Of a DNA stretch of 32,906 nucleotides, positions 1 through 7,604 are shown piece by piece. Made by a program: the position numbers and the translations under genes. The notes beneath the pieces are model-generated. The model saw nothing but the letters and a program-made list of their open reading frames with translations. It was not told the DNA's origin and did not search any database. The DNA is from Candidatus Woesearchaeota archaeon (lineage in GTDB: Archaea > Nanobdellota > Nanobdellia > SCGC-AAA011-G17 > JAGVZH01). The stretch covers positions 1-32,906 of the forward strand of contig JAGVZH010000002.1 in the NCBI GenBank assembly GCA_018302745.1, in the 5' to 3' direction. Numbering within the stretch: position 1 is the first letter of the stretch; each line of letters starts with the position of its first letter.

Positions 1-1381
1 CCCAATATCTGTTTCTACTTAATGCCCAATCTCTAGCATCTGCTAACCAATTTCCAAAACGACCTTGTTTAAAGTAAGCAGGTACCCAATTTATCTCTTC
101 ATTTTCCTTTACTAGTTTCTCTCGTATATCTGTTACTTTTACATACCAACTCTTTATCGGTTTGTATATTAAAGGTGTATTAGTTCTCCAACACATTGGC
201 ATTTGATGTTCATAGTCTACACTCTTTAGAAGAAGTGACCTGTTCTTTAAATCTTCCATAATGTACTTGTTAGCCTTTTTGTAGAACATACCCTTAAACT
301 CTCCCATCTCTTCTTTCATGTTTCCTTGATCATCTAGATAATCAAACATACTAATACCCATACTTGTCATTAAAGCAAAATCTTCTTCACCATATGGTGC
401 CTGATGTACTAACCCTGTACCGTCCTCAAGTGTCACATGGTTAGCATGTACAACTCTAAAGGCCCCTTCACTACTCTTTGATGAAAAGAATGGGAAGAGA
501 GGCTCATACTCCTTACCAATTAACCGCTCCCCATTGAATGTTTCTAATATTGAGTACTCTCCTTCAAATATGTTACCCACTAATTCTTTTGCAACAATGT
601 ATTTAACACCCTCATACTCAACCTGTACATATTCAAAATCTTTACCAACAGCAACAAGTAAGTTACCAGGTAATGTCCAAGGAGTAGTAGTCCATATCAA
701 AAGATATGTATCTTCACCCTTAAGCTTTAATTTCACAGTTACAGCAGGATCCACAATACCTTTGTAACCACCAAGAGCTACTTCAGAATTAGAAAGAGTT
801 GTACCAGCTCTAGTTGAGTAAGGAACAACCTTGTAACCCTCATATAGTAATCCTTTTTTAAACAACTCCTTTAATGACCACCATATACTTTCAATATATG
901 TGGCATCCATAGTGGCATACTCTTCCTTTGAGTTAACCCATCTACCCATCCTTTCAGTAGTAGATAAAATCTCCTGTTGATATTTCAATACTGATTCTCT
1001 ACATAACTGGTTAAATTTCTCTACTCCAAACTTTTCTATATCTTCTTTCTGTTCAAAACCAAGTGACTTCTCTACCTCATACTCAACAGGGATACCCTGA
1101 CAATCCCAACCCAAACTTCTCTCAACACGAAAACCTTTCATTGTTTTATATCTAGGTATTATATCTTTGATAACCATGGTTAATGCGTGACCATAGTGAG
1201 GTCTGTTGTTTGAAGTGATAGGGCCATCATAGAAGGTAAATGAGTTCTCTACTGATCTTTGATCAATTGATTTTTGTAAAACATTGTTCTCTTTCCAATA
1301 TGCAAGAATTAACTCCTCACTCTTAGGAAAGTTAGGTGTATTTTCTTTTTTAGATATCTTAATATTTTCTACACTACTCAT
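1..1381 (-). CDS. ileS: Isoleucyl-tRNA synthetase, type-2 (eukaryote-like, HYGH) form; N-terminal 460 codons only, the rest lies beyond the window start
   Basis: Hand translation of the minus strand from ATG at 1381-1379 is open to position 2: MSSVENIKISKKENTPNFPKSEELILAYWKENNVLQKSIDQRSVENSFTFYDGPITSNNRPHYGHALTMVIKDIIPRYKTMKGFRVERSLGWDCQGIPVEYEVEK...VVPYSTRAGTTLSNSEVA...WTTTPWTLPGN...GTGLVHQAPYGEEDF...CWRTNTPLIYKP...GRFGNWLADARDWALSRNRYW. HIGH-type motif, GWDC-G-P-E and the RDW-SR-RYW block are IleRS signatures. It is absent from the ORF track because no stop lies in the window. Confidence 0.9.
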   Translation of the reverse strand, partial: MSSVENIKISKKENTPNFPKSEELILAYWKENNVLQKSIDQRSVENSFTFYDGPITSNNRPHYGHALTMVIKDIIPRYKTMKGFRVERSLGWDCQGIPVEYEVEKSLGFEQKEDIEKFGVEKFNQLCRESVLKYQQEILSTTERMGRWVNSKEEYATMDATYIESIWWSLKELFKKGLLYEGYKVVPYSTRAGTTLSNSEVALGGYKGIVDPAVTVKLKLKGEDTYLLIWTTTPWTLPGNLLVAVGKDFEYVQVEYEGVKYIVAKELVGNIFEGEYSILETFNGERLIGKEYEPLFPFFSSKSSEGAFRVVHANHVTLEDGTGLVHQAPYGEEDFALMTSMGISMFDYLDDQGNMKEEMGEFKGMFYKKANKYIMEDLKNRSLLLKSVDYEHQMPMCWRTNTPLIYKPIKSWYVKVTDIREKLVKENEEINWVPAYFKQGRFGNWLADARDWALSRNRYW

Positions 1382-1401
1382 TCTTTTAAATATGTAATAT
1401 T

Positions 1402-1453
1402 AAACAAAAACCCCCTTGTAAAATCTGTACATTGTACCAATCTTACAAAGGGG
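1402..1453 (-). terminator. Intrinsic (hairpin + U-tract) terminator of the T-box leader
   Basis: Minus strand CCCCUUUGUAAGA-(loop)-UUUUACAAGGGGG gives 13 pairs including G-U, followed by UUUUUGUUU. It is mutually exclusive with the antiterminator. Confidence 0.8.
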
Positions 1454-1612
1454 CGTATATACGCGTTACCACCCTTCTTCAAAATTACATTACTGTAATC
1501 TTCTCAAAGACCAAATATATGGTCATAGCTATTTCGAAAGCTTAATCGTTGGAGTCTACTTACATTACTGCGTTCTTTCCACCACTCTCCAGTGATATCT
1601 GGGTCTCTGTGT
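1402..1612 (-). promoter_or_regulatory. T-box riboswitch leader (tRNA-sensing transcription attenuator) of ileS
   Basis: On the minus strand, 5'-AAGGGUGGUAACGCG-3' (reverse complement of 1462-1476) matches the conserved T-box sequence. It folds as a canonical antiterminator: helix A1 AAGGG/CCCUU, 7-nt bulge UGGUAAC, helix A2 GCGU-AUAU-ACGC. The A1 3' strand is shared with the 5' arm of a 13-bp terminator hairpin followed by UUUUUGUUU. A stem III-like hairpin AUUACA-GUAA-UGUAAU lies just upstream. The leader sits directly 5' of an aminoacyl-tRNA synthetase gene. Confidence 0.8.
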
Positions 1613-1618
1613 TCTCAA

Positions 1619-1627
1619 ATTATATCA
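1619..1627 (-). promoter_or_regulatory. Extended -10 promoter element TGATATAAT for the T-box/ileS transcript
   Basis: The minus strand reads TTGTGATATAAT, fitting TGnTATAAT. This would place the transcription start near 1612, giving a ~210-nt leader. No good -35 was seen. Confidence 0.5.
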
Positions 1628-1659
1628 CAACAGTCAGATATTAGGGTATAATCGGGGAT

Positions 1660-3432
1660 ATGAAAACTAAATGGAACTTAAACCTACTCTACAAAAATAT
1701 ATCAGATCCCGATATTGATAAAGATATTAAAAGAAGTATTAAGGAAGTAAACGAATTTGTTAAAAAGTGGAAAACAAACAAAGAGTATATTAAAGAACCC
1801 AATACCCTATATATTGCCCTTCGAGAATTTGAGAAACTCTCAGAAGATCCAGGTATATGTACTAAACCCTCCTACTATATATTCCTTCAAAGGGCACTTG
1901 ATCAAGAAAATCCAAAACTAAAAGCAAAAGAAAACAAACTCCATGATATATCCTTAGAGTTAGAAAATAGTATTCAATTCTTTTTACTCAATATTTCTAA
2001 AATATCTAAAAGTAAACAGAATGCATTTTTAAATTACCCTAAATTAGAAATATACAAACACTTCTTACAACACCTATTTAATGTATCCAAATATACACTC
2101 TCTGATAAAGAAGAAAAGATATTTAATCTCAAATCAAAAACTTCGTATGGTAATTGGGTAGATATGATATCTGAATTACTTTCTAAACAGATGTTTAATG
2201 TAAAAAACGAAGAAGGAAAAATGATAGAGGTTTCTTACAATGAAGTAGGAAAATATCTAAATAGTCAAAAGAAAGATGTAAGAGAGTATGCTGCAGAGGA
2301 GTTCTATAAGATAAATGAGAGATATGCAGAGATAGCAGAATTTGAAATCAATTCAATATTGGAAAACAAAAAGATAAATGATACATACAGAAAGATTAAA
2401 AGAGTTGATACTGAAAGACTATTGGATAACGATATAGAAGAAGAGGTAGTAGATACACTAAGAGAGGTTGTTACAAAGAACTTTGATATATCAAAAAGGT
2501 ATTACAAATTAAAAGCTAAAATCCTTAAACAAGATAAGTTAGCATATTTTGAGAGAGGTGTACCAATTGGGGATATAGCTAAAAAGTTTACATTTGAGAA
2601 ATCATTTGAAATAGTAAGAAATACATTTGGAAAATTGGATAGACACTTTGAAGATATATTAAACAAATACTGTTCAGAGGGGAGATACGATGTATACCCT
2701 AAAAAAGGGAAAGATGGTGGAGCATTTTGTATATCAACCGGAAGTAAATATCCTACATATATTCTTTTAAACCATAATGAGAAATTACAAGACATATTAA
2801 CGATAGCTCATGAGAGTGGTCACGCTATACATTCAGAATACTCTAATAAACAGAATCCTCTTAACCAAGGGCATTCTACTGCTACTGCTGAAGTAGCTAG
2901 TACATTCTTTGAAGATTTTGTATTAAGTGATGTTAAGGATGAGTTTAGTAAAAAGGAGAAAACATCTTTAATGTTAAAGAAACTTGAAGATGATATATCA
3001 AGTATCTTTAGACAAATAGCCTGTTATAACTTCGAACTAGAGTTACATAACTCCTTTAGAAAAGAAGGATATCTTTCTAAAGAGAGAATTTCAGAAATAT
3101 TTTGTAAAGAAATGAATAAATATCTTGGAGAGAGTGTAAGTATTGATAAACATATGGAACTAGGGTGGCTATACTGGAGTCATATTAGAAGTTTCTTCTA
3201 TACATACTCATACGCTAGTGGGCTATTAATCTCTAAATATCTTCAAAATATTGTCAGAGAAGATAAGAGAAATATTAATATGGTAAAGGAGTTTCTAAAA
3301 GCAGGTAACTCTAAATCACCTAAAGATATTTTTAAAGATTTAAATGTAGATATCACTAAAAAAGAATTCTGGATTAGAAGTTTAGATGAAAGTAGAAAAC
3401 AGTTAGAAGAATTAGAATCTATTTACAGTTGA
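1660..3432 (+). CDS. pepF: Oligoendopeptidase F (M3B family zinc metallopeptidase)
   Basis: 590 aa with HESGHAIH (HExxH) and overall PepF-like length and layout. TATAAT at 1647-1652 lies 7 nt upstream of the ATG. Confidence 0.8.
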   Translation: MKTKWNLNLLYKNISDPDIDKDIKRSIKEVNEFVKKWKTNKEYIKEPNTLYIALREFEKLSEDPGICTKPSYYIFLQRALDQENPKLKAKENKLHDISLELENSIQFFLLNISKISKSKQNAFLNYPKLEIYKHFLQHLFNVSKYTLSDKEEKIFNLKSKTSYGNWVDMISELLSKQMFNVKNEEGKMIEVSYNEVGKYLNSQKKDVREYAAEEFYKINERYAEIAEFEINSILENKKINDTYRKIKRVDTERLLDNDIEEEVVDTLREVVTKNFDISKRYYKLKAKILKQDKLAYFERGVPIGDIAKKFTFEKSFEIVRNTFGKLDRHFEDILNKYCSEGRYDVYPKKGKDGGAFCISTGSKYPTYILLNHNEKLQDILTIAHESGHAIHSEYSNKQNPLNQGHSTATAEVASTFFEDFVLSDVKDEFSKKEKTSLMLKKLEDDISSIFRQIACYNFELELHNSFRKEGYLSKERISEIFCKEMNKYLGESVSIDKHMELGWLYWSHIRSFFYTYSYASGLLISKYLQNIVREDKRNINMVKEFLKAGNSKSPKDIFKDLNVDITKKEFWIRSLDESRKQLEELESIYS

Positions 3433-4008
3433 AGCTATTTCTAAGAATGGATCATTCTTAGTTACTTTTTCTGAAAAAATACTCTCTTTGTAATCATCAT
3501 ATGTTAGTCTTGTGTCTCTTGGAATCTGTACCATTATAGAGTCACTAAAGCTCTCTGTTTCTGTGTCATATTTCCACATTGGAACAGTCTTTCCATCCAT
3601 TCCACTACCCGTTAACCTATCTCTAAGTTCTAAAATTGCTATTGTTGGTTTCACTTGTCCAAACTTAATAGTTTCAACTACGAAATATAACTCAGAATAA
3701 ATATCATTTACACTTTTTCCAAGCATTCCAGAATATACATTCACCAATGTGTCACTTTCTTCTTTTCTTTGTAAACGATTATGATAGAAGACTGAAAAGC
3801 CATTGTAATCAACATATGAGAGATTTTTCTTCTCACGGAACTTGTCTAAGATTCCTTTGTATTTCTCTACCTCATAATCAACATACTCTGCATTAACTTC
3901 ATTCGAATCTGCTCTAGGGAAAATTCCGAATGTTTTACCATCTTTTACTACCTTATCTGTTAATATCCTTTGAATAGGACCTGTTTCATTTTCGTATGTA
4001 TCAGACAT
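3412..4008 (-). CDS. Hypothetical protein (198 aa, acidic)
   Basis: Long uninterrupted ORF with no family recognised. Its 3' end overlaps the pepF 3' end by 21 nt (convergent). Confidence 0.5.
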   Translation of the reverse strand: MSDTYENETGPIQRILTDKVVKDGKTFGIFPRADSNEVNAEYVDYEVEKYKGILDKFREKKNLSYVDYNGFSVFYHNRLQRKEESDTLVNVYSGMLGKSVNDIYSELYFVVETIKFGQVKPTIAILELRDRLTGSGMDGKTVPMWKYDTETESFSDSIMVQIPRDTRLTYDDYKESIFSEKVTKNDPFLEIASTVNRF

Positions 4009-4096
4009 AGTGTACTTGTTTTTATGTTATTCCCCTATTATATTAATATCCTCGTATAAAAGAAAGATATTATGAGTAAAATGGTAGAATATCAAT

Positions 4097-4702
4097 ATGA
4101 TAAAAGAGCTAGAAAAGAAAGCATATTCAAATCCTAATACCCTCCCACCAAGAGCATTACTTCTTAATGCATTAGAACTTACTCCCATTGAGAAAACTAA
4201 AGTCGTTATTCTTGGACAAGATCCTTATCATGGCCAAGGAGAAGCCAATGGTTTGGCTTTTTCTGTAAATAAGGATATTAGAATACCTCCCTCTTTAAGG
4301 AATATATTCATTGAACTTCACAATGATTTAGGATTAGAAATTCCTAAATATGGAGATTTAACTTCTTGGGCTAAACAGGGAGTCCTACTACTTAATAGTG
4401 TGTTAACAGTTGAAAAAGATAAGCCAGGATCTCACAGATACATAGGGTGGGAGAAATATACAGATAGTTTAATATCCGAGATATCAGAAAAAAAAGAACA
4501 TGTAGTATTCATTCTTTGGGGTAAGTATGCTCAAAGTAAAGTTTCTTTAATTGATAATAGTAAACACTTAATTCTCCAGTCCCCTCATCCATCACCTTTC
4601 TCTGCAAGAAAAGGTTTTTTTAATAGTAAGCCTTTTAGTAAGTGTAATACATGGTTAAAAGAAAAAAATATTAAAGAGATTGATTGGGAATTAACGACTT
4701 AG
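4097..4702 (+). CDS. ung: Uracil-DNA glycosylase, family 1
   Basis: VVILGQDPYHGQGEANGLAFSV (GQDPYH water-activating loop), LLLNSVLTVE and HPSPFSA (HPSPLS leucine-loop motif). 201 aa. Confidence 0.9.
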   Translation: MIKELEKKAYSNPNTLPPRALLLNALELTPIEKTKVVILGQDPYHGQGEANGLAFSVNKDIRIPPSLRNIFIELHNDLGLEIPKYGDLTSWAKQGVLLLNSVLTVEKDKPGSHRYIGWEKYTDSLISEISEKKEHVVFILWGKYAQSKVSLIDNSKHLILQSPHPSPFSARKGFFNSKPFSKCNTWLKEKNIKEIDWELTT

Positions 4703-4735
4703 AGAAGAAGCTATGAGGATGTTGTATAATAGGAG

Positions 4736-5077
4736 ATGATTGAAAATGGTTATGAGAAAAAAGAAACACCATTCTTCTCAATGGATATACAAGATAGTAG
4801 ATATCAAATATATTTCAATAGTGACAAGGTAGAAAAATATGAACCGTATGGGGTGATATCCACTATTCTTGAAGATGATAAATTTCTTGAAGAAGAAATA
4901 TCAGTAGAAGAATGGGTAATAAGATTGCTAAGACATTTCGGAAGTGCTGAAGACATTAAACAGGGAGGTATCTCCTACTCTGTTGATGAAGATAAAAAGC
5001 TAAGATTCTTTGGTGAGTTTGGAACTCTAACATTAGATAAAGATTCTAATCTTCTATACGAAAGCGAATCTACTTAA
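4736..5077 (+). CDS. Hypothetical small acidic protein (113 aa)
   Basis: ORF immediately downstream of ung. About 27 D/E versus about 13 K/R by hand count. No family recognised. Confidence 0.5.
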   Translation: MIENGYEKKETPFFSMDIQDSRYQIYFNSDKVEKYEPYGVISTILEDDKFLEEEISVEEWVIRLLRHFGSAEDIKQGGISYSVDEDKKLRFFGEFGTLTLDKDSNLLYESEST

Positions 5078-5741
5078 TCTCTACTCCCCCAAATACTACC
5101 CCTCCAGTTATTTCTAATACTGGCTCTGTAACCTCACTCTCTTCTACCTTAGGTTCCCATCCACCAAACACACCTGTTCCTTTAGTAATAACTCTACAAT
5201 TTTTTGGTACAAATATTTCTACACCACCAAATGCACAATTAACATGTAACTTAGCTCCTTCTTTTGCAACTTTTGCTTCTCTTAAATCTAATCCTATTCC
5301 CCCAAATGCAACATTTAGTTCTCCACCTTTGAAATTCTTAGAATTAACCTTTTTATCTACTCCCCAAAATATCGCCGTTTCATTTACATAATCTTCAGAT
5401 GAATACTTACCCTCTTTTTTAACAGGTATATCTTTTTTAATTAACATTGATATTCCAATAGCTATTATTATTACTGGCCATAATACCGAAAAGAAATTCC
5501 AGGAGAAAAGGTTAGTAGCCAAAAATACAGTTCCAAGTACAAGTATCACAATTCCGGGTGTAAAATTCTTCTCTAATAGGAATTTAGTTCCTAAAAATAT
5601 TAAAACTAATGGCCAAAACTTCCATATTATTGACCAAAGAGATACTCTAAATGGAGAAAAAATACCAGTTTGATCCATTAGAAATATTAATCCTAAGAAT
5701 ACAAGAAATACTCCAAAGATAAATTTTGAGTTGTCTTTCAT
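5070..5741 (-). CDS. LiaF-like cell-wall-active-antibiotic response membrane protein
   Basis: N-terminal multi-TM region with WPLVLIFLG-type helices. C-terminal repeats AFGGIGLDL / AFGGVEIFVP / VVFGGVEIK are typical of the LiaF C-terminal domain. Confidence 0.65.
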   Translation of the reverse strand: MKDNSKFIFGVFLVFLGLIFLMDQTGIFSPFRVSLWSIIWKFWPLVLIFLGTKFLLEKNFTPGIVILVLGTVFLATNLFSWNFFSVLWPVIIIAIGISMLIKKDIPVKKEGKYSSEDYVNETAIFWGVDKKVNSKNFKGGELNVAFGGIGLDLREAKVAKEGAKLHVNCAFGGVEIFVPKNCRVITKGTGVFGGWEPKVEESEVTEPVLEITGGVVFGGVEIK

Positions 5742-5758
5742 TATTTAAAAATAATATA

Positions 5759-6766
5759 TTATTTGTTCTCAACACTTAAAGAGCCTACTCCAACATTTGC
5801 TTCAATTATCATTTTTATTTTTGCAGTAGCATAGTTTTCTGATTCATATTTACCATTAGTATCCAACGAATCTGAAATATCTTTACCACCAATCTTAATT
5901 TTCCCAACCCCTAAGTCATATCCAATTTGATATCCAACACCACTAGGAATTTCTAAAATCATAGCTCCTGCTCCAATGTTTAATAGTATCTGACCAGAAG
6001 GTACACTCTCTTCCTCAAAAGATACTGATAATTTCCCTGCTCCTACTTCAGCATAAAGATTGTCTACTTGTAATGTAGACAAATTCATACTTCCATCTCC
6101 TGCGCCTAAATTAATATCAAAGCTAGTTAGAATATCCGGTTGACCAACTCTAAAAACGTATGAAGATTCACTTGACCACATATGGAAACCAATAGGATTT
6201 GCACTTTCAAAATTAATATTTAAGACATCATCTACTTCAGTAGATTCTATTTTATGTTCTTTAAAACCCTCAGGGTATTCTGCTTGCACAAGCATATATT
6301 CTTCAGTTCCCTCATCAACAATTTGGAATTCTGATGCCCCAATATTTAATTCTATACTTCTCTGTTCAATATTAGGAAATTCTTCTAAATCAACTGTAAT
6401 CTGCTTCTCAATCTTTTCAGGATTAAGGTTAAATGCCCTATCTCCACCTTTTAATATCCACTGGTTTACTGAATCTGGAATATATGGAATACCTTTTGAT
6501 GAATACAATACATATGAGACACCAAATACGGATATCATTAAGAATATTGTAATAATAAAGGAGAATATATTCGCTATACGAGATCTACCAAGTATAAATC
6601 TAATACCAATTAATATAATAAATATTGGCCAGAATCTAACAATATATGACCATATCTCCCAGGAAATAATCTTTGTAGTGTTAAGAAGAAGTAGTATACC
6701 CGAAAAAATAAGGAAAACAGCCCAAGAGTAATCTTTAGACTCTTTTCTAACAGAAATATCTTCCAT
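5759..6766 (-). CDS. Membrane-anchored toastrack/DUF4097-like protein
   Basis: N-terminal LiaI/LiaF-like TM segment (WPIFIILIGIRFIL). Followed by repeated beta-strand units NIGASEFQI, NLGAGDGSMNL, EVGAGKLSV, NIGAGAMILEIP, NVGVGSLSV. Confidence 0.5.
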   Translation of the reverse strand: MEDISVRKESKDYSWAVFLIFSGILLLLNTTKIISWEIWSYIVRFWPIFIILIGIRFILGRSRIANIFSFIITIFLMISVFGVSYVLYSSKGIPYIPDSVNQWILKGGDRAFNLNPEKIEKQITVDLEEFPNIEQRSIELNIGASEFQIVDEGTEEYMLVQAEYPEGFKEHKIESTEVDDVLNINFESANPIGFHMWSSESSYVFRVGQPDILTSFDINLGAGDGSMNLSTLQVDNLYAEVGAGKLSVSFEEESVPSGQILLNIGAGAMILEIPSGVGYQIGYDLGVGKIKIGGKDISDSLDTNGKYESENYATAKIKMIIEANVGVGSLSVENK

Positions 6767-6789
6767 AAGAATGAAAAATAAAATTATAT

Positions 6790-7089
6790 TTACTTCTTAC
6801 TATCAGACTCTACACTTTTTTTAATATCTTTTACTACTTTCTTAACCTTCTCTTTAATCTCTTCTGTATTCTTACTCATTACATCTTCAGAAGTTATATT
6901 TGAACTCGATCTAGTAGGAACAACTATCCAAAGTATGATATACAAAAGTAATCCTGTACCGCCATAAAGAACTATCAATGCAAAAAGTAACCTTACTATC
7001 GTTGAATCTATTCCAAAATACTCTCCCAACCCTCCACATACACCTCCAATCATTCTATCTGTCTCAGACCTGTATAACTTTTTATTCAT
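6790..7089 (-). CDS. PspC domain-containing membrane protein
   Basis: [34 protein letters not shown] followed by a TM helix is the PspC-domain signature. It is first in a three-gene minus-strand operon (7089 down to 5070). Confidence 0.8.
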   Translation of the reverse strand: MNKKLYRSETDRMIGGVCGGLGEYFGIDSTIVRLLFALIVLYGGTGLLLYIILWIVVPTRSSSNITSEDVMSKNTEEIKEKVKKVVKDIKKSVESDSKK

Positions 7090-7159
7090 TCTTTAAATAT
7101 ACTAACATTTTATATATTCAATCATATTTTAGAACATATTTTTTAAAATGTTAATATGA

Positions 7160-7188
7160 TTGACAACACGAATTGGAAGCAATAATAT
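7160..7188 (+). promoter_or_regulatory. Sigma70-type promoter TTGACA-N17-TAATAT of the copper operon
   Basis: Perfect -35 at 7160-7165, a 17-nt spacer, then TAATAT at 7183-7188. Confidence 0.45.
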
Positions 7189-7211
7189 ATACCCATACCC
7201 TAGGTAGGGAT
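7189..7211 (+). promoter_or_regulatory. Candidate CsoR operator (G/C-tract inverted repeat)
   Basis: ATACCCATACCCTAGGTAGGGAT contains CCCTA-GG-TAGGG (7198-7209), a perfect 5-bp inverted repeat, plus a direct ATACCC ATACCC. It lies immediately downstream of the -10. It resembles TACCC...GGGTA operators of CsoR regulators as I recall them, and a csoR gene ends the operon. Confidence 0.4.
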
Positions 7212-7213
7212 AA

Positions 7214-7597
7214 ATTAAAAATACTATCTCCGCAACCATTATTGCGATTGTAATATTCTCTAAAGATACAAAAAATGCTGAAGATGTAAAAGCTGAAACA
7301 ATTACATCCAATGTATTGGTTGAAGACGGAATACAAGTTATACAAGTTGTATCAACTGGAGGAGGATACTCTCCAAGAACAACAAATGCAAAAGCAAATA
7401 TTGAAACTGTATTAAGAATTAATTCAGAAAACTCATACGGTTGTGAAAGATCTTTTAGAATACCTCAATTAGATATAAATGAGATATTACCTACAAACGG
7501 GATTACAGAGATTGAGCTTGGTAGTCCTAAGGCAGGTGAAGAGATATTTGGTTCTTGTAGTATGGGAATGTACACATTTACAATAAATTTTAATTAA
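7214..7597 (+). CDS. Cupredoxin-like copper-binding protein with N-terminal membrane anchor; probable non-canonical ATT start
   Basis: The track ORF starts at TTG 7316. The frame is open from 7214 and encodes (I)KNTISATIIAIVIFSKDTKNAEDVKAETITSNV, a signal-anchor-like helix plus linker. The C-terminal domain has YGCERSF...GSCSMGM, fitting Cys/Cys/Met ligand spacing. No ATG/GTG/TTG lies in frame between 7214 and 7316. Confidence 0.55.
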   Translation: MKNTISATIIAIVIFSKDTKNAEDVKAETITSNVLVEDGIQVIQVVSTGGGYSPRTTNAKANIETVLRINSENSYGCERSFRIPQLDINEILPTNGITEIELGSPKAGEEIFGSCSMGMYTFTINFN

Positions 7598-7604
7598 AGC
7601 ACAC

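Noticed and set aside
7129-7345. Two minus-strand ORFs (60 and 64 aa) covering the copper-operon promoter region and the start of the cupredoxin gene.
   Set aside because: They overlap each other, the promoter/operator and the anchor-coding part of the plus-strand gene. Their composition looks like chance ORFs in AT-rich DNA.
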